From Anthoceros angustus (Eukaryota > Plantae > Anthocerotophyta), in the NCBI GenBank assembly GCA_010909165.1, contig MU008208.1, positions 153,545 to 217,544 of the forward strand: 64,000 nt of DNA, read 5' to 3'. The translations under genes and the position numbers were made by a program. Positions 10,538 to 22,803 of the stretch are shown here, in pieces; positions within the stretch are counted from its first letter, which is position 1; each line of letters starts with the position of its first letter. Below the pieces are notes generated by a model that was not told where the DNA came from, ran no database searches, and saw only the letters and a list, made by a program, of their open reading frames with translations.

Positions 10538-13500
10538 ATGGCTACTCCTCCACCTACACCACCAACACCGGCACCTTCTCCTCCTGCTCCAATCATTAAT
10601 GTTATGAATGTGAGTACGGATTTTAAGGAGAAAGACCGTTTTGACGGCACCAAGTTTGAAGTTTGGTCTAAGCGGATGAAGACTGCTCTAAATACTCGAG
10701 ATCTTCTTGCCATCGTTGATGGCTCTCTCCCGAAACCACCTGGACCTTCACCCGCTCTCGACTCATGGACAAGGCAAGATGCAGCTATGCACATGCTTAT
10801 TTCGGCCCAGACGAAGTCACTCCATCACACCGATGGTGCCCTCACCGCCAGGCTTGGAGGCGATCACGGATATTTACCAATCCACCAACGTAATGACATT
10901 GGTCACGGTTCGCAATGAATTTTATTCTTTAAGAATGCAGCCTTGTGTTGTTACTCATGTGAGCAAGTTTCGTATCTGCGTGCTCAACTTGTCGCTTTGG
11001 GGACTCCATTAGAGTTCAAGCTTCGGCATACTAGCTTGCCTCCCACCATTTTCAATCTTTGTCTCTTCACGTAATGGCACTGCACGTGAAGCTCTGTCGT
11101 GCTAATAAGACACCTTCAATTTCTATCTCCGAGATAGCTGGTGCTCTTTTACAAGAAGAGGCTTCTAGGTTCAATGCTGTCACCTCAAACATGGTGGTGA
11201 TAGGGTGATGTTTGTCACCAAAGGTAGACAACAATTCAACAAGCGCAGGAACCCAAATGCCATTCGCCTCCACTCCACTGGTACCACCTCCGGGCCTTCT
11301 CCATCCAATTCTTCCTCAACTCCTAGACGTAAGGGGACATGTAATTGGTGCAAAGCCCAAGGACACCGGGAGCAGGAATGCAAGAAGAAGAAGGCTGGTG
11401 AGCCCAAGCGGGACACCAAAACCGCTAACACAGTGGTTGTTACTAAAGCAAGGCATAATTCCAAGACCGACATTGCTTTAACAGTTTGTTTGGTTGCATC
11501 TGAGTATAAATCTTCTTGGCTGCTCGACTCTGCAGCTTCTGCTCACATATGCAGCCACAAACACATGTTTACGACATATTCGGCGGCTGATGTTCTTCAT
11601 CGCTTTGTTCTCCTTGGCGATGACTCTGGCCTCTCAATAGCGGGCACTGGCTCAGTGACTTTCGAATTGGAAGATGGTTCTTCCCTTCTACTCACTGATG
11701 TGCTGCATGTACCCTCAGATGGCCAAGAATTTAATTTACGTCACTTGGTTAAGGATGGCATCTACTTGGACTTTGGCCGTGGTGATTGTCTACTCCTATC
11801 TATTCATCCGGGCCGTGTTATTGCTCGAGGCCATCCTCGCCATGATTTATATGTCTTCAACGGCAAGCCCATGTTGGCGCTGGCTGGCTCCACCGGCCGC
11901 CGCCCCGCCATCGTGGGGAGCTCACGCCATGGTGATGCTTTTCTCGCACTCTAGGCTTGGCCACATTAATCATTCCAAGCTCTTAGAGATGTCTAAGCAG
12001 GATTTGTTTAGGATAGGCTGCCTACTTTTACAAAGACGCCACCGCTGTGTGAATCTTGTATTTATGCTAAGCAACGCAGCCTTCGTATCCCGATCTTCCC
12101 GCACGCTTGCCACTCACCTTGGAGCTTGTCCACATTGATCTTTGTGGGCCACTGCTCCTTCACTTGGCGGGCTAATCATTTTATGACGTGTGGATGACTT
12201 CACGTTATACTTTTGCTTACCCGCCTGCTTGAAGAGTGACTCTGTATTTTCTCCTTTGTTACTATGGCCGAGCTGCAACCGGTTGTATGCGGCATTAGAT
12301 CCGACAATGCCGGGAACTTAACAATCACCGCTTAAGGACTTTTGTCAAGAGAGGGGATCCTTCACACGGTTCCCTATACCTCCCAAAGAAATGGAGTTGG
12401 AAAAGCCAATGGTGATCTTTTACATGGCGCGAGCTATGCTCGCTCAATCCCAATTGCCTAAGTCCTTCCGGGCCAAGTCCAACACCGCTATATCGTAAAT
12501 GTGGTGCTTTCCAAGTCCGTTACCAGCCGGACTCCTTATGAGGCCGGCATGGGAGTAAACCCTTATCTCTCATCTTCGTATCTTTGGATGCCCCCATGCC
12601 CATATACCTTCTCGCCTCGAGACAAGCTCTGCTCGTAAGTTGGTATTTGTGGGCTATGGCGAGGATCGCAAGGCATACAAGCTGGTGGACTTGAATACCC
12701 ACACTCGACGATGCACGCACCGTCACCTTTGATGAGTCCTGCTAGCACATCTTGACCCGCTCCCGGTCCCGCCTGATGTCGCCCCTCCGGCCTCGTAGCC
12801 CTCGATGGCTCGGTGACATTCACTTTGAGTTACATACTCAACCCTTCACTTTTCCCGACTCGTGTTCCTGCTTCTCGTTCTGCTCCTACTCCGCCTTTTT
12901 TCACCCTGCCGGTCCCCATAGTTCCCGCCGAGAGGGGAAGATGAACAAGCCATAGGGTTGCCCATGGATGAACCATTGGAAATTGAGGATGACTCCTTTG
13001 GTGTTCTTGAGACTCAAGCATCGAGACACCAGATCTCCACATTCCCCACCAAAAGCCCCGACTGCTCCCGAGCGTAGGTATCCCTTGCGTCGACAACCAC
13101 GCCACCTATGGAATGAAATACCCTTTGACTTGAGTTCAATCCGGCTATACTACCACTCAAGGTCACTTTGATGCTTTTAGTGCTCTTCGAGGGAGATCCT
13201 CTCACTCAAGAGAGGCATACTCACGACCGATGCTAAGTGGAAGTTTGCCGCTGATGATGAATATAATTCACTTATTAAAAACAACACATGGACTCGTCAA
13301 TCGCCCAAGGCGACAACTAAATGCAAGTGGGTTCTCAAAACTAAGTTCCGGAGGTTGAGCCTCGATCCGCCAAGGCGAGATTGGTGGCTAAGGGGTATAG
13401 TCGAAAGAGGGAGTGGATTACCAAGGCGACAAAGTTTACTCACCCGTCAAAGCCGCTGTAAGAATGCTTCTAGCTTTATGTGCCGAGCTTAACTTGGAAA

Positions 13501-14640
13501 TTTATCGACGCGACGGCCTTTCTTTATGGTCACCTTAAAGAGGAGATCTACATGGATCAACCAGAGGATTATGAAGATAAGAAATTCCTCACAAGGTGTG
13601 TAAACTACTCGCTCAATATATGGACTTAAGCAAAGCCCACGCTTATGGTACGAGAATGGATTCTTATCTCAAGAAGTTGGGGTTCATTCCAAAGTGAAGC
13701 AGACATACTAACATCTATGTACTTCGTCAGGATAGCTCACTTGTACTTGTTGCCCTATATGTCGATGACTTAGTTATTCCAGGCAATAATGTTGAACTGG
13801 TCAACAAGATAAAAGCTGATTTGAGCAAAGAATTCGAGATGAAGGATCTCGGCAAAGTTAAATATATTCTTGGAATGCATGTACATAGAGATAGCACGGA
13901 GCTATTTATCTTCATCAAGGACGATATGTAGGTATGCTAAAACGCTTCAACTTGGAGAACGCACGCGCCCACACCAGTGCCGTTGGTGAAGTTTCATCCG
14001 CCTCGCCTCAGTAAGAGGACAAGAAGGAGATGGAGATCGGCTCACCGCATGGGAGTTGGCACTCATGTTCTTGAGTAATCGACAAGACCGACATCTCAAA
14101 CACCGTGAATGTTGTTGCTCGCCTCGAGAATCCGTGGAGGGATCACCGGGTTGCTCTCAAACGCATCATGCTACCTCAAGGGTACTCAAAATTATGGCCT
14201 ATGCTACAAACCTAGCGGAAAGAAGCGCCCCCGCTACATGTTATGTGGATGCAGGGCTTTGGAAAAGTATCTCAAAGATATTGCTTTCTTGGCTCCATCA
14301 CAGTTAATTGGTCTTGTAGAAAACAAGCAGCCATATCACTTTCATCAATGTAATCGAGTACAAGGTTTCACCCAAGCCACCAAAGAGGTGAATGGGAAAG
14401 GAAGCTATGTGAGGATCCGGTATGACGCAGAAGGGCCAACAATACTTAATCGTGATAATATGTCAAGAATTGCTTTAGTTGCTAACCCCGTGTTCCATGC
14501 ACGCATTTAAACACATAGAGATTCAACATCACTATATTCGTGATGTCTAAAGGGAATAGTAAAGGTACAGAGATGTACCAACGACAACACAAATAGACAT
14601 GTGACCAAATCCTTGCCCAAGTTTAAACACTGCCCCAGAG
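10538..14640 (+). pseudogene. gag-pol: Copia A gag-pol (frameshifted as sequenced)
   Basis: FKEKDRFDGTKFEVW; zinc knuckle CNWCKAQGHREQEC; protease WLLDSAASAHIC; HSRLGH (GAG-pre-integrase); [10 protein letters not shown] and LYVDDL; RNase H HAR.KHIEIQHHYIRD. Confidence 0.9.
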
Positions 14641-14915
14641 AAGGGCTTGGATTAGTAGAGTAGCTTTATGACGCTAGACAAGTCACTCATATGGTGAGGC
14701 TTATCATCTTTTGTTCCATCACTTGAAGTTGATGTTGTTGCATGCCTTGCTTCCCGCCACAACCGTGTACTACTCCGTGAGTCCGGATGAGCCAGCGAGG
14801 GAGTACGACGAGTTGAGACAAAGTAGTGGAAGATCAGAGCACATTGCAAGACTCGACAACGAGTGGTCTCCTTTGTTTTACGGAGATCTCGATAACTCAA
14901 CGTGTCGAGAGGGAG

Positions 14916-15125
14916 AGTTAGAAATAGTGCATCATGCTGGTTAAGGTCGACTAGACCACCCAATGTGGATTAGTCAAACTAGACTCATAGTTGGTAGTTA
15001 GTTAACTAGCGTGCTAGTGAAAGGACACACCCTCGTAACCATCCTTTATAAGCCCACCTATGAACTAAACATATTCATTGTTAATAAAGCATCTGCTTGA
15101 TGCAAGACGCTTCCGCATATGCATC
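14916..15125 (+). repeat. Copia A 3' LTR, last ca. 7 bp replaced by the Athila-like LTR; PPT at 14907-14915
   Basis: Matches the 5' LTR up to GCATATGCATC, then TGTGGCGTGAC begins, which is the same as the LTR end at 62133. Confidence 0.9.
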
Positions 15126-16915
15126 TGTGGCGTGACTTTCGTTGATGGCCAGCCAGGCGCGCACAATCCCGTGTTGTTGAAGTAAGGGGTCCGCTCCCAA
15201 GAGAATGATAGGCTCCGTTTTGCCGTGTTTCACTCATTTCTCACCTCACTTAGCAACCGTTCAGTCTCAACACACACATTCATCGCTTTATGCGACTACC
15301 CGCAACGTTTCACCGAACAGCCCGTGTGGCTAAACGCTTAAGGACCCGTTTCAAGGCCCACGCTGCTCAAGCCGCCACTCTCCACTCTAGTCCGCTCCTC
15401 TCGCCACCACTACCCTCATCGCCCTTGGAAGAAATCGCGAGTGGCTGCGCAGCTGACCTCCTACGCCCGCCAGCCTCCGACTCTCAGACGCCCGGAGTTC
15501 CTCCGGCTCACGCTGCTCGGCCGTCCCAACGCTGGGCCGCCTCGACGAGCAAGGGTCCCTAGGCGCTATTCCCCGCACACCACACACGTTAGGGTCCGTC
15601 ACCAAGACCTTGACAGTCTCCGTGGCCGCCACCGCCTGACTCAGACTCGCGTTACAAGAAGGCACACAAGGGCCTGCAAGAAGACGCATCAACACCAAGA
15701 AAAGATGATTTACTCAGAGCAATTTCGGCCCTCTTATACCACGCCAAGGTCGGCGCCTTACACCTCCTCTATTCCGAAACGAGAGCTACCGCGCCCTAAT
15801 CGCCGCCTACTCTTCTCCCTATTCCTCCTATCTCCGCTGGCCGTGGTGGGGCTGGATAGCCCCCCGATCTGCCTTGGCACCGTGGCCCAAAGCCGAGCCC
15901 CGACGATCGCCGCACCAATCGAATGATCCGCGAGGCGGACCTACCTCTCCCGAGGGTCTGCAGTGCGCTCACAAGGGCCCCGACAACGGCGGTCACCACT
16001 AAGTCCTCCTCCTCCTCTCTTAACTCTCTCAAGGGCCTCGCACAAAGCAGCCCTCCAAGGGCTGGATCTGCTGGGCGGTTCGGTGGCTCTCCCCACTCCC
16101 CGAGTCAGCCTCGGACCCCTGCCTGACTCGAGTCCGGACCTCTAGGTCCGGCCTTCCTCCGGGGTCCGGCCTGTGTCCGCCTTCTTTCGAGTTCGGACCT
16201 CGGGGTCCGGACTTGCCTGGGTCCTGGCTCGGGCCCAACCCTTCCTCGAGTCCTGACCTCGGGGTCCGGCTCACGTCACTAGAGTCTCTAAGTCCAGACT
16301 TCCTTGGGGCGGACTTGGATTCGGCCTCCTCGAGTCCGACAAAGTCCGGACCCACGGGCTCCGGTTTGCCTCCTCACTAGTCGATCACGGGCTCATCCAC
16401 CGAGCCCTCCTTGGTTCCCGAGTGCTTCTGCGCCCCTTGCACGGCCTCCCAGGCCCTCCTCCTCCTCCTTCCGCGGAGGTGTAGAGTGCACCTCCCAGGA
16501 TCTGACCCTTCTTCCGTCTGCCCGCCTCGCCTCGGGCCACTGGCCATCAAACAGGCCCTAGGGTCCCCTGCGGTCGCTACTGCCCCCGGGTCCTTCCTCC
16601 TCGCCTCCTTCCGACCCTTCCGAAGTCCGCCTTCCCGCTTGGTGGCGAAGACCTCCAGAGCCTTGAGGAGCTCTGCAGGTAGGTGAAGTCGGAATCGACT
16701 TGTTGAATCGCCTCCTCCACATGAGCCCAGCACCGGATTCTCCTCCAGGTGCTCCGGCATGAGCATGTTGTCTCGGCCGCCGCCTCCTGGGCTTGCCAAC
16801 TGTAGCCGGGCGGACTTCCTTGATGCCGTGAAGGCGGCCTCCATCACCTCCGGGCCTTTTGTCCTCGACGCTCTCCTCCTCCTGCTCGCCCGCCATTGCT
16901 TGGCCATGGAGCTGA

Positions 16916-16927
16916 GCTCTGATACCA
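16916..16927 (-). other. PBS-identical sequence (TGGTATCAGAGC) directly after the 3' LTR of copia B
   Basis: GCTCTGATACCA abuts the LTR at 16928; the same arrangement occurs at 40448-40458. Confidence 0.85.
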
Positions 16928-17448
16928 TGAAGATTTTATGTGAATTGAATTAATAAAACACAATTACATTATTGATTGAATTGAAAGATCAAATAAAAGA
17001 GTAACTTGCTTATGCTTAAAACAACCTAATTAAGATACCAAGTGTTACGTCCACTCGTAAGAGTCACAACCCTACCGAAAGGGTACTAGGTGACTAGACC
17101 TAGTTTACACATCAGATAGGTTAACTAAACTAAGGTAACCTAACCCTAGCATGAGTCAACACATAAACAATAATTATTCCTTCACTCCCACTTGTTGATC
17201 ATGACTTGTCTTGATCTTCTCTTTGGTGTGGGTTCCTTGTGGCATCCCTTGATACTGTTTGCATGGAGCGGCGGTCCATTCCTTACTCAACTCAAGCATG
17301 CCGGCAGGTGTAGTTCTCATTGTCCGTGGCTAAGGAGTGCGGCGGGAGCATCATGTCTTCGCCTCCGCATCGAGACTCCGCCCAAGCGTGAAATCGCCTA
17401 GGGACCGCATGGGCGGTTTACCACAACTAGAACAATTGCTCGGGTTCC

Positions 17449-18100
17449 TCACGATGTGAGCACTCCAGTGCGGTGCAGGAGGTAATCGCCTCGTGGAAGG
17501 CCGCGAGGCACGACCAAGGAGGTCCTAGCAAGGCGAGCCGCCACGCCAAGTGAGCCCATGGGCGGGCTGAGCCTCATCCGGACCCAAAATGACAAGAGTA
17601 AAGGCCCATCTTGTAATCCCGATTTCGGCTTTTCGAGAATGAGACTAACCCCTGAGGAGCCTAGCTTTCCTAAGCCTGCAGACCTGTTCAAGGAGACATC
17701 GTCTCTTATGGCTCCATCAAGCATCCGCGCAGCCCTCGTGGTGGGTTTGTGGGCCATCAAAGCCGTGATGAGACGTGTCAAGGTCAGCTGCGGGCTTACC
17801 CATTTCATGTGGTCGGCACTTATAGTAAGATCCCGCTTCAATACTCGTTGCAATCTTTTATTATTGTGCATGTGAGATGCTACACTAAGCTCCCGTGGCG
17901 GATCCAACATACGCTGGAAGAAGAATCGAGCCTCCAATCAAGGCGATTTGGGCAGGAGAGGAGTGGAGGAAAACCACCGCTCCTATAGCAGCCCCGATCC
18001 TTCAAGATGAGGAGGAGAGTCACAGCTGCTGAGAATCGAGTCCGATGGGGATTCCTATTCTTTGAAGTCTCGTGATGAGACAAACTTCAACGACTACACG
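17449..18100 (-). CDS. Putative extra ORF between RNase H and the 3' LTR of copia B; product unknown
   Basis: 162-aa ORF 17449-17937 (EARFFFQRMLDPPRELSVASHMHNNKRLQRVLKRDL..) with upstream open stretches, same strand as pol; ca. 1 kb spacer. Confidence 0.4.
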
Positions 18101-18194
18101 AATGTTCTTCTTTCGGTGGCTAGCTAGAATGCTGCCGAATGACTTGACTTTATGCACTACTACCTAGGGACTCGAGGAGTCACCTAGGCCTAAA

Positions 18195-21100
18195 AACTTT
18201 ACATGCTTCTCATGTAGATCCGCCTACGCCTTTGTGAAAATGTCCTGGGTTTTCTTGTGTTGCTATGTATTCCGGAGATATTGTGCTTGCGCTAGTAGCT
18301 CTCTAATCCAAAGGGTATTCCGCCACATGCTTTGTCCTGGAGTGGAAGAAGGGATTTTCAGCTAGCAAATTGACCCTTGGTTGTCGGTTCGATTTTGTGC
18401 AAGCAGCAACTCAATGCCAAGCTCAAACAGCTTTAGCCAAATAACCTCCTTCACGCAGTGTAAGTACTCTGTATTCGCCTCTGTGCTTGAGAGTGCAATG
18501 CATTGGTTGCTTTTGCTTGACCAACAAATAGGTCCTCCAAAGATAGCTCACCACATAACTGGCGACCTCCTCGTATCTATGTCACCTGCATAATCGATCG
18601 GTGTACGTCGAGGTCGCCACACCATCTTTGTGAGTATACACAATACCCTGTTTGGTGTGCCTTTCGGATCGGAAAACCCTCTTAACACAAGTCCAATGTG
18701 TCTTGGTTTTAGAGATCGAGAGCACTTGTCGAGTACGCTACCTCTGTGGTATTGGCAGCATATATGAGTTTGCCCACACCTTGCCCTATGGCACATTTCT
18801 CATATCGTCCTTCTCGATGTGTAATGCGACATATCTTTGCTCAACTTAAGACCACTTGGAAGAGGTGTTGCAGGTTTGGCATCTTTGAGTCCTGCACTCC
18901 AGATATCGGGGGTGAGTCATGGTAAGGATCCTTTTTCTCTTACAATGTGTATTCCTAAGCAACTTTGCAAAGGTCCAAGGTCCGACATCTTGAATTTTTG
19001 CCAGATTCGTGATCAAGAGATAAAGTCCAGTTTGCTTGCAAGGATGAGGTCATCGACATAAACTAAGTAACAGTTACATCATTCTTGATGTATACGTATA
19101 AAAGTCACCTTACTTTTGTAAAACCTAGAGCTCGCAACTCCTTGTCCAAAGGCAAGATTCCATTTCATTCGTTGCTTAAGTCCATAGAGGCACTTAATTA
19201 GTTTGCAAGCATAATCCTCCTTGCCGTTAACCTCATAACTGGTGGGTCGTTGCATGTAGATCTCGTATCAAGGATTCCATGCAAGAAAGCCGTCTTCACA
19301 TCAAACATCCTCATCGTAGTCCTTGTCGGTAGCAATGGTACACATGGTGCAAGTAGCTTGAGCAAAGGTTTCGAGGTAATCTAAACATTTGTGTGAAACC
19401 TCTAGCAACCAATCCCTTGTATGTATCAAACGATCCATCCGCCTTGACCTTCAATTTAAAGACCCATTTACATGACACGGTTTCGCCTTGGGCAACTTTG
19501 CTAGTTCCCAAGTTCCATTCTCGATAAGAGAATCATATTCGGATTGCCTTTCTCCATTCCTTGTGATCGCCCGAGAGCTTCCTCATAAGACCGTGGCTCT
19601 ATGGGATCTAAGTGGCGCATAAGCCTTCACATGAGAAGAGGTAATCAAGTCGGTGCATGATAGTAGTCGGAGGTCGACGCTCACGTGTAGGGTAATGTGT
19701 CGAGTAGGCTCGCTCATCGAGAAGTACATCATTAACTTCCTCTAATTCCTCGTCGGTCCCATCATCACCTGTTGCATCATCGCTATACCGGTTGAGGAAT
19801 GTGATCCTGTAGATCCGCTGGCATTTGGGTTGAATGTCAAGTTCAGTTGTTCTTCTCCCTAATCGATTGCCCCTCCTGCGGAGCATGTTCCTCAACAGTG
19901 GAGTATGAGCAAGAGTGCCATGATCTCAGTCATAGTGAGAGAGTTCAAAGGTTTCCTCATCTTCGTGTTGGGAACATGAGTTAAACTTGTTTCATCAAAT
20001 GTAACACTCGAGCATAGATGACTCTATTGGTAGGGACATCATATAGCTTGTAAGCTTTAATCCCTCTCAGATACCCCAGATAAGCAGCTTGCGTGCCTTA
20101 TCCGACACTTATCCGCTTCGCTTAGGGATGAAGGCATATCGAGACAGAAGGTCCTCAAGTGTTGAATAGAGGGCTTCAGCTGTAAAAGCCTCATAAGGAG
20201 TTTTGCCTGGTGGGTAACTCAAGAGAAAAGTTGAAGTCATCAAAGCCTCGCCAGAGGGGTAGTGGCAAATGAGCATCATGTAACAATGAGGAGACCATCT
20301 CCATGTGAGGTTCAAGCGCCACTCCATTACTGGAGTGTATACAACGGTGAGTTGGCGTCAATGCCTTCATCTTTGAGCTGGAATTCATTAGATGTAAATT
20401 CCATTATCGATCTCGGGGTCTTGAGTCGCTTTTCCAACGCTGAATTTGATGTATTCCTTGAAGTAGGAGAAACATTCGCTTTTGTTCTTCGTGATATAGG
20501 TGGTGACAAATGCTCTTGTCATCTCAGAACGTTAGAAAATAACGCCCACCTATGGACGCTTGAGATAAGGGTCCACATAGGTCATGTACAAGCTCAAGGA
20601 GATCATCGACGATGAGGTGCTTTGTTCTTGAAGGCAGCTTGGTGTTTCTTCGACAACACACAAGCCTCACATAAAGGTATGGCGTCAAAGGGCCAATAGG
20701 TCCATCTTTACAGTCACTCACAATTTTGCAGCTTTGCCATGTGAGGGTGACCCAAGCGTGCATGCCACAACTTAGACTTTCTTTGTTGTTGCGATGCAAG
20801 TGAGACATCTTGTGTCGTGGGACTCGCTATTCCACTGCAAATGGAGAGACGGATCGTGGTCCGACCATGTGCAAGGACCTTTCTAGGGTCAATAGCATCT
20901 ATGATTCTACAATCATCCTAGTGAAAACAACGTGATTGTTATCTCGCATTCAATCTTCCTGAAATAAGGTTTCTAGTCATTTCCATAGTAGACTTCTAAC
21001 AACATGAGTGTGATCCAGGAACTAGCAACTCAACTGCCACGAGTGAGACTAGAGACTGTCGTCCCAAGGTAAACATCGATCTGAAAAGACCTATATGTTT

Positions 21101-22066
21101 TGAAAGCATTTCTATCAAAGGATGTGTGCGTGCGTATCTAAATACCATTCATCTATTGGTTTCATTAGCTTTGGCGAAGGCAAGTGGAAGCGATGGACTA
21201 GCAAACTCCCTAGTCCCAACCCAGAGGATGGGGTATTAGCCTTCTTTACCACAACATTGGTCGGTGGTGCCCTCCTTGAGGAATTCCAGCTTGCTTTTGC
21301 GACACTCTTTTCCCAATGTCCAGGTGCAGTTCGTGCACGGCTTTTTAGTCTTCTTCCCATGAGGATCCGCCTGAGCTACCTCCCTTGGAAGGATTTCCAC
21401 CACCTCCTTTGGAGAAGGATTTCTTGCCTCCTCGCCCTTGATTTGAGGTGTCAGGGCTGTTGTTTCCCGCTTTCTTGTGATTAGTTCGCTTGCCTCTTCT
21501 TGCACTCACAAGTTGTGAGAATGACATCTCGCATCTCTATGCCTTGCTTCTTAGCTATGTAGCTTGTGTCGGCGGTGTGTGGGAGGTCACAGTGTGACCA
21601 AGACTCGAAGCGAAAGAAGGAGCCTCATCACCATCTCATCATCCTTGATGGCAACTTTAGAGGCACCACAGGCCGGGAGGCTAGGGTCCTAAAGGTACTC
21701 ACGTGCTTCTCCACGAGTCCCCATCCTTCATTCTCAAGTTCGGAAATTTCTTAAAGTCATTGCCGACCATGTTCGCTGCGTGAGTTCCTTTAGACGATTC
21801 ATGATTTCGGCTGAAGTTTCCATTACGCCTCAACATTTCTTGCCACTGCGAATGATACTTGGCTCCGCTATCCTTAGCTAACCATTCTTCTTCTCCAAGA
21901 TCCCTCGTTTCACTACCTTTCCGGTTGCATGTTTCAGCATGCCCCTCATTTCGAGGACGCCCTCCATCCGGATCTGCCATATGTCGAAGTCATTGCCATT
22001 GAACCGATCCTTCTCCTTGAAGGATTCATTACCTCCATAGTTTGGAGTTGAGGTTGCGTCTGCCAT
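18195..22066 (-). pseudogene. gag-pol: Copia B gag-pol (frameshifted as sequenced)
   Basis: MADATSTPNYGGNESFKEKDRFNGNDFDIWQIRMEGVLE; PCTNC..GHWEK knuckle; DEWYLDT protease; LVHDLCGP integrase; WVFKLK and VYVDDL RT; ENPFFHS.TKH RNase H. Confidence 0.9.
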
Positions 22067-22139
22067 ATTTATGGCTTGTTGTTCGACCTCGTGTTCAAAT
22101 TCGTATTGAATATATCCCCAAAACCGTCTGATCGGACAC

Positions 22140-22803
22140 ACCGCTCATAACGCTTGTTGATTGCGTTGCGGGTTTTGATCCCATCCTCCTCGTAGCTGCA
22201 ATTTTGGAGCTCCTCATCTCGAACCTATTGTAGGCATACGTGGAGCAAGATGGACACGAGTTAAGTGAGCTAAAGCTTCGCTCACGATTTGTCTTACTTG
22301 CGTGTTTACAGGTGTTTTGAACACGGATTTTTGAGCATCTCGGGCTTGATAATAAGCTTGTAGTCCAAGTGTGCAACTTGCTCCTTCAGATCCGTAAGTC
22401 AACGCTTGCAGACAAGTGTCCATTAATTTGTGCGGTCGTCCACTATCCTGTTATTTGCTTCGATGCGATTAATTGTGTGACACTTGTTTGTGGCGCTTGA
22501 GTTGTGATGAAACCACGGGCTGCCGTTTCCATCAAAAGCTCTTTGTACACGCGCACTGCAAATTTAGTGGATTTCTTGGAGGAAGAGTAAACACCAGTTC
22601 GCTCTTGAGGATAGAGAAATTCCACAATAGTATTAAATGCGTCTCTCGGATCAAATTGCATAGGTCTATTTTGGTTTTGTTGGCTCCATTGTAGGATGCC
22701 GAATGTAAGAAGCAATTGTGTGCCCATCGGCAATTCTTGACCTATTTTGCCTAGGATGATTCGAGTAGCGGTGTTGCGGCCACGTGCGCATCTAAATTGG
22801 CCA
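22140..22803 (-). CDS. Putative extra ORF upstream of copia B gag; product unknown
   Basis: Overlapping ORF pieces (MANLDAH.., RDAFNTIVEFLYPQE.., ..VRQIVSEALAHLTRVHLAPRMPTIGSR*) conserved in copy 2 (45760-46412). Confidence 0.35.

Larger units (their letters stand above)
8434..15125 (+). mobile_element. Ty1/copia LTR retrotransposon A, copy 1 (near full length)
   Basis: Direct LTRs 8434-8645 and 14916-15125, tRNA-iMet PBS, gag-PR-INT-RT-RH order and PPT GAGAGGGAG. Confidence 0.95.

Noticed and set aside
10538-14640. Programmed ribosomal frameshifts or true decay explaining the broken pol frames
   Set aside because: Frameshift positions differ between the duplicate copies and fall in error-prone contexts, so most are probably sequencing errors.
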